A DNA stretch of 64,000 nucleotides from Tubiluchus corallicola (taxonomy: Eukaryota; Animalia; Priapulida). Under the pieces are notes generated by a model. That model was given only the letters and a program-made list of their open reading frames with translations, searched no databases and had not been told where the DNA came from. The translations under genes were made by a program, and so were the position numbers. This document shows positions 1-14,075 of this stretch, piece by piece. The stretch lies in the NCBI GenBank assembly GCA_030141605.1, contig JAQGDQ010000495.1:1-64000 (forward strand), written 5' to 3'. Numbering within the stretch: the first letter of the stretch is position 1; every line of letters starts with the position of its first letter.

Positions 1-520
1 CCTAAATTTAACAACGAATTACAATAAATTTACATCTCAATTTTAAATTTGGATTTGAACAATTTTGACCTCATTCTAATCTTGTTTGTATACTATTCAA
101 AGAATCACTTTAATAATCAACGATTTTTTCTCAATGAATCATGCAATGGGGAAGAAAGTAATGTGAAAAAATTCTGTTGCCATTTTAATAAAGATAATAG
201 ATTACTGAGTTTTCTTTAATGTTTCATATTTTTTGTCATCTGGAACAATATTCAGATAAAATCAAAATCACCATGATTTATATGAGTCGAAAATCTTATT
301 TTATTCTCTTTGAATCTCTTTTATGATTTTTTTTGTATTTTTAGGCTCTTTTCGTGGCTGAATCGTGGCTGAGCTATTCTTATCACTGTCAGTATCAAGT
401 TACACATGGTAAGTTTTTGAATATGGATACACAAACTTGATAAAAGTGTCATTTATGATTTATTGTTTTCGTTGGTTTTCCTAGTAAAGTAATCATTGCA
501 AATAAAATATTAAATTGTCA
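1..520 (+). repeat. Inverted arm of the 1.75-kb tandem array (continues off the left edge)
   Basis: 1-520 is the reverse complement of the unit segment at ~1365-1878 / 6545-7065 (e.g. cctaaatttaacaacgaattacaataaatttacatctc vs gagatgtaaatttattgtaattcgttgttaaatttagg). Orientation switches at the shared 9-mer aaattgtca (512-520). Confidence 0.93.
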
Positions 521-3500
521 ATATTCAAACAGGCGTCTAGAATTATAATTGCTAAAGATAAAAAATGTGGATTTTCAAACTTGTGTTTAAATTATAATTG
601 CTAAAAAATCCAAAAATTGTTAATATGCAAACTATGTTTGCAAAATGCACTGCAGTGTCTTACCTGGTGTAACTTGCTCAATGTTTCGCAAACAACAGAC
701 AAACTCCAAGACAGTCACCTTATGCAGGATGAAGAATCCAGATTTAGGAATAACCTGAAAATAACAGTATAACAATTACGATCACTTTTGTGCCTACTAG
801 TAAGTGAGCTCTCGCATATCCATCCAGTGGAGAATTTTGCTTCAGTTGCAATAAAGTAGATCTCATTCCCACACTTACTGTCCAGATTTCTTATTGCTTA
901 ACTTCAAACTCTTATCACTGCAACCACTCGGCAAGGTCGTTTGTTCTCTTTAATATTTTACCTAACATGAGTCCAACAATTCATGGTCAATAATTGATTA
1001 GTAATTAGTAATAAAAATGTAAAACAAGGTTTGTAAAATGAATTCTTTTACTCTGAGAAACTGCAACAGCACAAAAAACTTACAATTTTTGAGCAAACTT
1101 CTTTTACTTACATGCCAGATTAAACTTGTGAAGCTGAACGTAACCTTGACAATAGAAACCTTGACAATAATTCACCAATCGCCAGTAATGACAAAAACCC
1201 TAAAAAGCAAGAACTAATCATTAGACACAAAATGCAATAAGCACTGTAATAGGCCTCGAGGAACAAGGCATCTTCCTATTACCCAATTTGGAAAAAGGCA
1301 GTTAAACAATCATGCGTTGTTACTTTACAATGTTAGAAAAATGAATGAAAAGGAATAAAAAAAGGACCATTTAATATTTTATTTGTAACAATTATTTTAC
1401 TAGGAAAACCAACTAATACAATAAATTATAAATGACACTTTTATCAAGTTTGTGTATCCTTATTCAACAACTCACCAGGTGTTACTTGATGCTGACAGTG
1501 AAAAGAACAGCTCAGCCACGATTCACCCATGAAAAGAGCCTAAAAATACAAATAACAATTATAAAAGAGAATAAACTCAAATTTTCGACTCATTTAAATT
1601 ATGGTGATTTTGATTTTATCTGAATATTGTTCCAGATGATAAAAAATATGAATGAATAATGAAAACTCGGTTATCTATCATCTTTTCTAAATTGGCAACA
1701 GAATTTTTTCACAACACTTTCTTCTCAATTGCATGATTCAAGGAGAAAATAAAAAATGTTGATTATTAAAGTGGTTCTTTGAATATCAAACAAACAAGAT
1801 TAGAATGAGGTCAAAATTGTTCAAATCCAAATTTAAAATTGAGATGTAAATTTATTGTAATTCATTGTTACATTTAGGTAATTTTTAATAACAATAATAA
1901 TGATGATGATGATAACGTAATACTTTGTTTTCTTTACATAAAACGGAATGAACTTTCAAAAATAACCTTTTTTATAACTTTTATTTGTTACTAACAAGTT
2001 TTAAACTGATTATCAAATTCCAACTAAACCTTTTTAAAAAGAGAGAGTTGGAATGTAACGAAAGCAATTTTTTATTTGTAATTGTTATTTACTAGCAAAA
2101 CCAGCAAAAGTTCTACATAATAAATGACACTTTTATAAAGTTTGTGTATCACTATCAGACAATTTTCCAGATGTAACTTGATGCTGACAGGCTTGACAGT
2201 GAGTAGAGCAGTTCAGCCATACAATAATTGCTTGTAGAAACATAATTGCCAAAAAAATCTAAAAATTGTCAATATTCAAACAGGCGTCTAGAATTATAAT
2301 TGCTAAAGATAAAAAATGTGGATTTTCAAACTTGTGTTTAAATTATAATTGCTAAAAAATCCAAAAATTGTTAATATGCAAACTATGTTTGCAAAATGCA
2401 CTGCAGTGTCTTACCTGGTGTAACTTGCTCAATGTTTCGCAAACAACAGACAAACTCCAAGACAGTCACCTTATGCAGGATGAAGAATCCAGATTTAGGA
2501 ATAACCTGAAAATAACAGTATAACAATTACGATCACTTTTGTGCCTACTAGTAAGTGAGCTCTCGCATATCCATCCAGTGGAGAATTTTGCTTCAGTTGC
2601 AATAAAGTAGATCTCATTCCCACACTTACTGTCCAGATTTCTTATTGCTTAACTTCAAACTCTTATCACTGCAACCACTCGGCAAGGTCGTTTGTTCTCT
2701 TTAATATTTTACCTAACATGAGTCCAACAATTCATGGTCAATAATTGATTAGTAATTAGTAATAAAAATGTAAAACAAGGTTTGTAAAATGAATTCTTTT
2801 ACTCTGAGAAACTGCAACAGCACAAAAAACTTACAATTTTTGAGCAAACTTCTTTTACTTACATGCCAGATTAAACTTGTGAAGCTGAACGTAACCTTGA
2901 CAATAGAAACCTTGACAATAATTCACCAATCGCCAGTAATGACAAAAACCCTAAAAAGCAAGAACTAATCATTAGACACAAAATGCAATAAGCACTGTAA
3001 TAGGCCTCGAGGAACAAGGCATCTTCCTATTACCCAATTTGGAAAAAGGCAGTTAAACAATCATGCGTTGTTACTTTACAATGTTAGAAAAATGAATGAA
3101 AAGGAATAAAAAAAGGACCATTTAATATTTTATTTGTAACAATTATTTTACTAGGAAAACCAACTAATACAATAAATTATAAATGACACTTTTATCAAGT
3201 TTGTGTATCCTTATTCAACAACTCACCAGGTGTTACTTGATGCTGACAGTGAAAAGAACAGCTCAGCCACGATTCACCCATGAAAAGAGCCTAAAAATAC
3301 AAATAACAATTATAAAAGAGAATAAACTCAAATTTTCGACTCATTTAAATTATGGTGATTTTGATTTTATCTGAATATTGTTCCAGATGATAAAAAATAT
3401 GAATGAATAATGAAAACTCGGTTATCTATCATCTTTTCTAAATTGGCAACAGAATTTTTTCGCAACACTTTCTTCTCAATTGCATGATTCAAGGAGAAAA

Positions 3501-6500
3501 TAAAAAATGTTGATTATTAAAGTGGTTCTTTGAATATCAAACAAACAAGATTAGAATGAGGTCAAAATTGTTCAAATCCAAATTTAAAATTGAGATGTAA
3601 ATTTATTGTAATTCATTGTTAAATTTAGGTAATTTTTAATAACAATAATAATGATGATGATGATAACGTAATACTTTGTTTTCTTTACATAAAACGGAAT
3701 GAACTTTCAAAAATAACCTTTTTTATAACTTTTATTTGTTACTAACAAGTTTTAAACTGATTATCAAATTCCAACTAAACCTTTTTAAAAAGAGAGAGTT
3801 GGAATGTAACGAAAGCAATTTTTTATTTGTAATTGTTATTTACTAGCAAAACCAGCAAAAGTTCTACATAATAAATGACACTTTTATAAAGTTTGTGTAT
3901 CACTATCAGACAATTTTCCAGATGTAACTTGATGCTGACAGGCTTGACAGTGAGTAGAGCAGTTCAGCCATACAATAATTGCTTGTAGAAACATAATTGC
4001 CAAAAAAATCCAAAAATTGTCAATATTCAAACAGGCGTCTAGAATTATAATTGCTAAAGATAAAAAATGTGGATTTTCAAACTTGTGTTTAAATTATAAT
4101 TGCTAAAAAATCCAAAAATTGTTAATATGCAAACTATGTTTGCAAAATGCACTGCAGTGTCTTACCTGGTGTAACTTGCTCAATGTTTCGCAAACAACAG
4201 ACAAACTCCAAGACAGTCACCTTATGCAGGATGAAGAATCCAGATTTAGGAATAACCTGAAAATAACAGTATAACAATTACGATCACTTTTGTGCCTACT
4301 AGTAAGTGAGCTCTCGCATATCCATCCAGTGGAGAATTTTGCTTCAGTTGCAATAAAGTAGATCTCATTCCTACACTTACTGTCCAGATTTCTTATTGCT
4401 TAACTTCAAACTCTTATCACTGCAACCACTCGGCAAGGTCGTTTGTTCTCTTTAATATTTTATCTAACATGCATCCAAAAATTCAAGGTCAATAATTGAT
4501 TAGTAATTAGTAATAAAAATGTAAAACAAGGTTTGTAAAATGAATTCTTTTACTCTGAGAAACTGCAACAGCACAAAAAACTTACAATTTTTGAGCAAAC
4601 TTCTTTTACTTACATGCCAGATTAAACTTGTGAAGCTGAACGTAACCTTGACAATAGAAACCTTGACAATAATTCACCAATCGCCAGTAATGACAAAAAC
4701 CCTAAAAAGCAAGAACTAATCATTAGACACAAAATGCAATAAGCACTGTAATGGGCCTCGAGGAACAAGGCATCTTCCTATTACCCAATTTGGAAAAAGG
4801 CAGTTAAACAATCATGCGTTGTTACTTTACAATGTTAGAAAAATGAATGAAAAGGAATAAAAAAGGACCATTTAATATTTTATTTGTAACAATTATTTTA
4901 CTAGGAAAACCAACTAATACAATAAATTATAAATGACACTTTTATCAAGTTTGTGTATTCTTATTCAACAACTCACCAGGTGTTACTTGATGCTGACAGT
5001 GAAAAGAACAGCTCAGCCACGATTCACCCATGAAAAGAGCCTAAAAATACAAATAACAATTATAAAAGAGAATAAACTCAAATTTTCGACTCATTTAAAT
5101 TATGGTGATTTTGATTTTATCTGAATATTGTTCCAGATGATAAAAAATATGAATGAATAATGAAAACTCGGTTATCTATCATCTTTTCTAAATTGGCAAC
5201 AGAATTTTTTCACAACACTTTCTTCTCAATTGCATGATTCAAGGAGAAAATAAAAAATGTTGATTATTAAAGTGGTTCTTTGAATATCAAACAAACAAGA
5301 TTAGAATGAGGTCAAAATTGTTCAAATCCAAATTTAAAATTGAGATGTAAATTTATTGTAATTCATTGTTAAATTTAGGTAATTTTTAATAACAATAATA
5401 ATGATGATGATGATAACGTAATACTTTGTTTTCTTTACATAAAACGGAATGAACTTTCAAAAATAACCTTTTTTATAACTTTTATTTGTTACTAACAAGT
5501 TTTAAACTGATTATCAAATTCCAACTAAACCTTTTTAAAAAGAGAGAGTTGGAATGTAACGAAAGCAATTTTTTATTTGTAATTGTTATTTACTAGCAAA
5601 ACCAGCAAAAGTTCTACATAATAAATGACACTTTTATAAAGTTTGTGTATCACTATCAGACAATTTTCCAGATGTAACTTGATGCTGACAGGCTTGACAG
5701 TGAGTAGAGCAGTTCAGCCAGACAATAATTGCTTGTAAAACATAATTGCCAAAAAAATCCAATAATTGTCAAAAATCAAGCAGGTGTCCAAAATTATAAT
5801 TGCTAAAAAATTCAAAAATTGTCAATATTCAAACTAGGTTTGCGAAATGCACTGCGGTGTCTTACCTGGTGTAACTTGCTCAATGTTTAGCAAACAACAG
5901 TCAAACTCCAAGACAGTCACCTTATGCAGGATGAAGAATCCAGATTTAGGAAAAGACCTGAAAATCACAGCATAACAATTACGATCAGTTTTGTGCCTCC
6001 TAGTAAGTGAGCTCTCACATATCCATCCAGTGAAGAATTTTGCTTCAGTTGCAATAAAGTAGATCTCATTCCCACACTTACTGTCCAGATTTCTTGTTGC
6101 TTAACTTCAGTCTCTTATCACTGCAATCACATGGCAAGATCGTTTGTTCTCTTTAATATTTTACCTAACATGCGTCCAACAATTCATGGTCAATAATTGA
6201 TTAGTATTTAGTAATAAAAAATGTTAAACTAAGTTTGTCAAATAAATTCTTACACTGTGAGAAACTGCAACAACACAAAAACTGACAGTTTTTGAGCAAA
6301 TTCTTTTACTTACGTGCCAGATGAAACTTGTGAAGCTGAACGTAACCTTGACAACAATTCACCAATTGCCAGTAATGATAAAACCCTGAAAGGCAACAAC
6401 TAATCATTAGACACAAAAAGAAATAAGCACTGTAATAAGCCTCGAAGAACAAGGCATCTTCCCATTACCCAACTTGGAAAAAGGCAGTTAAACAGTCATC

Positions 6501-9500
6501 CATTGTTACTTTAAAATGTTAGAGAAAAGAATGAAAAGGAATAAAAATGACAATTTAATATTTTATTTGTAATGATTACTTTACTAGGAAAACCAACGAA
6601 AACAATAAATCATAAATGACACTTTTATCAAGTTTGTGTATCCATATTCAAAAACTTACCATGTGGAACTTGATACTGATAGTGATAAGAATAGCTCAGC
6701 CATGATTCAGCCACGAAAGGAGCCTAAAAATAAAAGAAAAAATCATAAAAGAGAATAAACTCTCAAACTTTTCGAGTCATCTAAATCATGGTGATTTTGA
6801 TTTTATTTGAACTGTGTTCCAGATGATAAAAAATATGAATGATTAATGAAAAATCAATTATCTATCATCTTTTCTAAATTGGCAACAGAATTTTTTCACA
6901 ACACTTTCTTCTCAATTGCATGATTCAAGGAGAAAATAAAAAATGTTGATTATTAACGTGGTTCTTTGAATATCAAACAAACAAGATTAGAATGAGGTCA
7001 AAATTGTTCAAATCCAAATTTAAAACTGAGATGTAAATTTATTGCAATTCGTTGTTAAATTTAGGTAATTTTTAATAACAATAATAATGATGATGATGAT
7101 GCCGTAATACTTTGTTTTCTTTACATAAAACGGGATTAACTTTCAAAAATAACCATTTTTATAACTTTTATTGGTTACTAACAAGTTTTAAACTGATTAT
7201 CAAATTTCAACTAAACCTTTTTAAAAACAGAGAGTTTGGAAAGTGACGAAAGCAATTTTTTTATTTCTAATTGTTATTTACTAGCAAAAGCAGCAAAAGT
7301 TCTACATTATAAATGAAACTTTTATCAAGTTTGTGTATCACTATCAGACAAGTTACCAGATGTAACTTGATGCTGATAGGCTTGACAGTGAGTAGAGCAG
7401 TTCAGCCAGACAATAATTGCTTGTGAAACATAATTGCCAAAAAAATCCAATAATTGTCAAAAATCAAGCAGGTGTCCAAAATTATAATTGCTAAAAAATT
7501 CAAAAATTGTCAATATTCAAACTAGGTTTGCGAAATGCACTGCGGTGTCTTACCTGGTGTAACTTGCTCAATGTTTAGCAAACAACAGTCAAACTCCAAG
7601 ACAGTCACCTTATGCAGGATGAAGAATCCAGATTTAGGAAAAGACCTGAAAATCACAGCATAACAATTACGATCAGTTTTGTGCCTCCAAGTAAGTGAGC
7701 TCTCACATATCCATCCAGTGAAGAATTTTGCTTCAGTTGCAATAAAGTAGATCTCATCCCCACACTTACTGTCCAGATTTCTTGTTGCTTAACTTCAGTC
7801 TCTTATCACTGCAATCACATGGCAAGATCGTTTGTTCTCTTTAATATTTTACCTAACATGCGTCCAACAATTCATGGTCAATAATTGATTAGTATTTAGT
7901 AATAAAAAATGTTAAACTAAGTTTGTCAAATAAATTCTTACACTGTGAGAAACTGCAACAACACAAAAACTGACAGTTTTTGAGCAAATTCTTTTACTTA
8001 CGTGCCAGATGAAACTTGTGAAGCTGAACGTAACCTTGACAACAATTCACCAATTGCCAGTAATGATAAAACCCTGAAAGGCAACAACTAATCATTAGAC
8101 ACAAAAAGAAATAAGCACTGTAATAAGCCTCGAAGAACAAGGCATCTTCCCATTACCCAACTTGGAAAAAGGCAGTTAAACAGTCATCCATTGTTACTTT
8201 AAAATGTTAGAGAAAAGAATGAAAAGGAATAAAAAATGACAATTTAATATTTTATTTGTAATGATTACTTTACTAGGAAAACCAACGAAAACAATAAATC
8301 ATAAATGACACTTTTATCAAGTTTGTGTATCCATATTCAAAAACTTACCATGTGGAACTTGATACTGATAGTGATAAGAATAGCTCAGCCATGATTCAGC
8401 CACGAAAGGAGCCTAAAAATAAAAGAAAAAATCATAAAAGAGAATAAACTCTCAAACTTTTCGAGTCATCTAAATCATGGTGATTTTGATTTTATTTGAA
8501 CTGTGTTCCAGATGATAAAAAATATGAATGATTAATGAAAAATCAGTTATCTATCATCTTTATTAAAATGGCAACAGAATTTTTTCACATCACCTTCTTA
8601 TCGATTGCATGATTCAAGGAGAAAATAAAAAACGTTGATTATTAAAGTGGTTCTTTGAATGTTATACACACAAGATTAGAAAGAGGTCAAAATTGTTCAA
8701 ATACAAATTTGAAGTCGACACGTAAATTTATTGTAATTCCTTGTTAAATTTACGCAAATTCTAATAACAATAATAATAATGACGATGATGACGTAATACT
8801 TTGTTTTCTTTACATAAAACGGCATGAAGTTTCAAAAATAACCTTTTTTATAACTTTTGTTTGTTACCAACAAGTTTTAAACTGATTATCAAATTCCAGC
8901 TAAACCTCTTTAAAAAGAGAGACTTTGGAAAATGACAAAAGTAATTTTTAATTGTAATTGTTATTTACTAGCAAAAGCAGCAGAAGTTCTAAATTATAAA
9001 TGAAACTTTTATCAAGTTTGTGTATCACTCACTATCAGACAAGCTACCAGATGTAACTTGATGCTGACAAGCTTAGCAGTGAGCAGAGCATTTCAGCCAG
9101 ACAATAATTGCTTGTAAAAACATAATTGCCAAAAAAATCCAATAATTGTCAATATTCAAACAGGCGTCCAAAATTATAATGCTAAAAATAAAAAATGTGG
9201 ATTTTCAAAATTGATTTTAAGTTAGAATTGCTGAAAAATCCAAAAATTGTCAATATTCAAACTATGTTTGCAAAATGCACTGCAGTGTCTTACCTGGTGT
9301 AACTTGCTCAATGTTTAACAGACAAACTCCACGACAATCACCTTACGCAGGATGAAGATACCAGATTTAGGAAAAAAACCTGAAAATCACAGCATAACAA
9401 TTACAATCAGTGTTGTGCCTCCTAGTAAGTGAGGTCACGCATATCCATCCATTGGAGAATTTTGCTTCAGTTGCAATAAAGTAGGACTCATTCCCACACT

Positions 9501-12500
9501 TACTGTCCAGATTTCTTGTTGCTTAACTTCAAACTCTTATCACTGCAACCACTCGGCAAGGTCGTTTGTTCTCTTTAATATTTTATCTAACATGCGTCCA
9601 ACTATTCAAGGTCAATAATTGATTAGCAATTAGTAATAAAAAAATGTAAAACAAAGTTTGTAAAATAAATTCTTATACTGTGAAAAACTGCAACAACACC
9701 AAAAAACTGACAGTTTTTGTGCAAACTTTTTTACTTACATGCCAGATGAAACTTGTGAAGTTGAACGTAACCTTGACAATAATTCACCAATCACCAGTAA
9801 TGACAAAAACCTGAAAGGCAAGAACTAATCATCAGACACAATAAGCAATAAGCTCTGTAATAAGCCTCGAGGAACAAGGCGACTTTCTATTACCCAATTT
9901 TGTAAAAAGGCAGTTAAGCAATCATCCATTGTTACTTTAAAATGTTAGAGAAATGATGAAAAGAAAAAAATGACCATTTTTTATTTGCAACGATTATTTT
10001 ACTAGGAAAGCCAATGAATACAATAAATGATAAATGACACTTTCATCAAGTCTGTGTATCCATATTCAACAACTTACCAGGTAAAACGTTTGCTGACAGA
10101 CTTGACAGTAAAAAAAACAGCTCAGCCAGGATTCGGCCACGAAAACAGCCTAAAAATACAAATAACAATTATAAAAGAGAATAAACTCAAATTTTCGACT
10201 CATTTAAATTATGGTGATTTTGATTTTATCTGAATATTGTTCCAGATGATAAAAAATATGAATGAATAATGAAAACTCGGTTATCTATCATGTTTTCTAA
10301 ATTGGCAACAGAATTTTTTCACAACACTTTCTTCTCAATTGCATGATTCAAGGAGAAAATAAAAAATGTTGATTATTAAAGTGGTTCTTTGAATATCAAA
10401 CAAGCAAGATTAGAATGAGGTCAAAATTGTTCAAATCCAAATTTAAAATTGAGATGTAAATTTATTGTAATTCGTTGTTAAATTTAGGTAATTTTTAGTA
10501 ACAATAATAATGATGATGATGATGACGTAATACTTTGTTTTCTTTACATAAAACGGGATTAACTTTCAAAAATAACCTTTTTTATAACTTTTATTGGTTA
10601 CTAACAAGTTTTAAACTGATTATCAAATTCCAACTAAACCTTTTTAAAAACAGAGAGTTTGGAAAGTGACGAAAGCAATTTTTTATTTCTAATTGTTATT
10701 TACTAGCAAAAGCAGCAAAAGTTCTACATTATAAATGAAACTTTTAACAAGTTTGTGTATCACTATCAGACAATTTTCCAGATGTAACTTGATGCGGACA
10801 GGCTTGACAGTGAGTAGAGCAGTTCAGCCAGACAATAATTGCTTGTAAAAACATAATTGCCAAAAAATCCAAAAATTGTCAAAAATCAAGCAGGTGTCCA
10901 AAATTATAATTGCTAAAAAAATGTGGGTTTTCAAACTTGTGTTTAAATTATAATTGCTAAAAAATTCAAAAATTGTCAATATTCAAACTAGGTTTGCGAA
11001 ATGCACTGCAGTGTCTTACCTGGTGTAACTTGTTCAATGTTTAGCAAACAGCAGACAAACTCCAAAGCAGTCACCTTATGCAGGATGAAGAAACCAGATT
11101 TAGAAAAAAACCTAAAAATCACAGCATAACAATTACGATTAGTTTTGTGCCCCCTAGTAAGTGAGCTCTCGCATATCCATCCATTGGAGAATTTTGCTTC
11201 AGTTGCAATAAAGTAGGACTCATTCCCACACTTACTGTCCAGATTTCTTGTTGCTTAACTTCAAACTCTTATCACTGCAACCACTAGGCAAGGTTGTTTG
11301 TTCTCTTTAATATTTTACCTAACATGCGTCCAACTATTCAAAGTTAATAATTGATTAGCAACTAGTAATAAAAAAATGTAAAACAAAGTTTGTAAAATAA
11401 ATTCTTATACTGTGAAAAACTGCAACAACACCAAAAAACTGACAGTTTTTGTGCAAGCTTTTTTTACTTACATGCCAGATGAAACTTGTGAAGCTGAACG
11501 TAACCTTGGCAACAATTCACCAATCACCAGTAATGACAAAAACCTGAAAGGCAAGAACTAATCATCAGACACAATAAGCAATAAGCTCTGTAATAAGCCT
11601 CGAAGAACAAGGCATCTTCCTATTACCCAACTTGGAAAAAGGCAGTTAAACAATCATGCATTGTTACTTTAAAATGTTAGAGAAAAGAATGAAAAGGAAT
11701 AAAAAATGACAATTTAATATTTTATTTGTAATGATTACTTTACTAGGAAAACCAACGAAAACAATAAATCATAAATGACACTTTTATCAAGTTTGTGTAT
11801 CCATATTCAAAAACTTACCATGTGGAACTTGATACTGATAGTGATAAGAATAGCTCAGGCATGATTCAGCCACGAAAGGAGCCTAAAAATAAAAGAAAAA
11901 ATCATAAAAGAGAATAAACTCTCAAACTTTTCGACTCATCTAAATGATCCAGATGATAAAAAATATGAATGATTAATGAAAACTCAGTTATCTATCATCT
12001 TTATTAAAATGGCAACAGAATTTTTTCACATCACTTTCTTATCGATTGCATGATTCAAGGAGAAAATAAAAAACGTTGATTATTAAAGTGGTTCTTTGAA
12101 TGTTATACACACAAGATTAGAAAGAGGTCAAAATTGTTCAAATACAAATTTGAAGTCGACACGTATATTTATTGTAATTCTTTGTTAAATTTAGGCAAAT
12201 TCTAATAACAATAATAATAATGATGATGATAACGCAATACTTTGTTTTCTTTACATAAAACGGCATGAAGTTTCAAAAATAACCTTTTTTATAACTTTTG
12301 TTTGTTACCATCAAGTTTTAAACTGATTATCAAATTCCAGCTAAACCTCTTTAAAAAGAGAGACTTTGGAAAATGACAAAAGTAATTTTTAATTGTAATT
12401 GTTATTTACTAGCAAAAGCAGCAGAAGTTCTAAATTATAAATGAAACTTTTATCAAGTTTGTGTATCACTATCAGACAAGCTACCAGATGTAACTTGATG

Positions 12501-13389
12501 CTGACAGGCTTGACAGTGAGTAGAGCAGTTCAGCCATACAATAATTGCTTGTAAAACATAATTGCCAAAAAAATCCAATAATTGTAAATATTCAAACAGG
12601 CGTCCAGAATTATAATTGCTAAAAATAAAGAAAATGTGAATTTTCAAACTTGTGTTTAAATTATAATTGCTGAAAAATCCAAAAAATGTTAATATTCAAA
12701 GTAGGTTTGCGCTGCAGTGTCTTACCTGGTGTAACTTGCTCAATGTTTAACAGACAAACTCCAAGACAGTCACCTTACGCAGGATGAAGATACCAGACCA
12801 AGGAAAAAACCTGAAAATCACAGCATAACAATTACAATCAGTTTTGTGCCTCCTAGTAAGTGAGGTCACGCATATCCATCCGTGGAGAATTTTGCTTCAG
12901 CTGCACTAAAGTAGAACTCATTCCCACACTTACTGTCCAGATTTCTTGTTGCTTAACTTCAGTCTCTTATCGCTGCAACGACTCAGCAAGTTCGTTTGTT
13001 CTCTTTAATATCTTACCTAACATGCATCCAAAAATTCAAGGTCAATGATTGATTAGTAACTAGTAATAAAAATGTAAAACAAAGTTTGTAAAATGAATTC
13101 TTTTACTCTGAGAAACTGCAACAACACAAAAAACTTACAATTTTTGGACAAACTTCTTTTACTTACATGCCAGATTAAACTTGTGAAGTTGAACGTAACC
13201 TTGACAATAATTCACCAATCGCCAGTAATGACAAAAACCCTAAAAAGCAAGAACTAATCATTAGACACAAAATGCAATAAGCACTGTAACAGGTCTAGAG
13301 GAACAAGGCATCTTCCGAATACCCAATTTCGAAAATGGCAGTAAACGCATTGCTACTTTAAAAAAACAGAGATAGGAATCCGATGAAAA

Positions 13390-13634
13390 AAATCTTTTAT
13401 TGGTAACAATTGTTTCGCTAGCAAAGCCAGCAAAAATACTGAATAACAATTTTGTCTGGTTTGAGTAAGCAGGTTTACTGACTAGGTTTTGTATTGCTTA
13501 ACTTCAGCCTGTAATAATTGTGACAACTCAAATAATCCCTTTAGAAAAGCAATGACGTTATTATCAAGACATATTATATCTACAAGAAAAACCTGATGGT
13601 CAATCAGTAAATCCTTGAAAATGTAAAGAATTCC
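13390..13634 (-). pseudogene. Possible decayed CARD (death-fold) coding remnant
   Basis: After an acceptor (cattcacag|), the minus frame reads GILYIFKDLLIDHQVFLVDIICLDNNVIAFLKGLFELSQLLQAEVKQYKT*SVNLLTQTRQNCYSVFLLALLAKQLLPIKDFF. The helix pattern resembles CARD consensus, with one in-frame TAG (13482-13484). By-eye match only. Confidence 0.4.
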
Positions 13635-13954
13635 CTGTGAATGTAGCTTTATTAAAAGCATGGATTGCATAATCTAAGGGTAACACTAAAATGGATTTAT
13701 GCAGCATTTGATTCTCATTATGCAGTACGTACAGGGTGGGTCAAAATTAAACCTATATTTTTATGAGCACAGATACATTGAAAGACAGGATATGAAAACT
13801 CTCTTCAACAAGATAATAAAAATATTGATTATTTGACTGGTTCTTTGAATATTTCACAAAAAACAAGGTTTCAATGAAGTTCTGATCAACTTTGGAGACT
13901 CTTTAACTTGAGATGTAAATTTAATGTAACCCGTTATTAAATTTAGATAATTTT

Positions 13955-14075
13955 TAATAATAATGATGTGGATGATGATGATCGTGGTAATAATGACGAC
14001 GACGACGACAACCACAACAACAAAGATGATTATGATTATATTGTTGATGATTATGGTGAATATGATGATAAAGAA
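13955..14075. repeat. Degenerate (ATG/ACG/ATT)n trinucleotide low-complexity tract
   Basis: ataatgatgtggatgatgatgatcgtggtaataatgacgacgacgacg...; expanded version of the short aataataatgatgatgat tract in each array unit. Confidence 0.8.

Noticed and set aside
836-925. Box C/D snoRNA-like pattern on minus (GTGATAA ... CTGA with TTGC/GCAA stem) in each unit
   Set aside because: Box C deviates (GCGATAA in unit 8), it overlaps a candidate exon, and I could not identify an rRNA-complementary guide. A snoscan/Infernal run would settle it.
1432-1623. Repeated 63-aa + strand ORF (also 3183, 4933, 10027)
   Set aside because: Identical only because the DNA units are identical. It is broken in other copies, has no recognisable domain, and lies antisense to the splice-signal strand.
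13292-13327. RhoGAP-like motif GLEEQGIFRIPN on +
   Set aside because: Other array copies lack the arginine (mostly GIFLL/GIFPL) and no flanking RhoGAP helices are found; likely chance.
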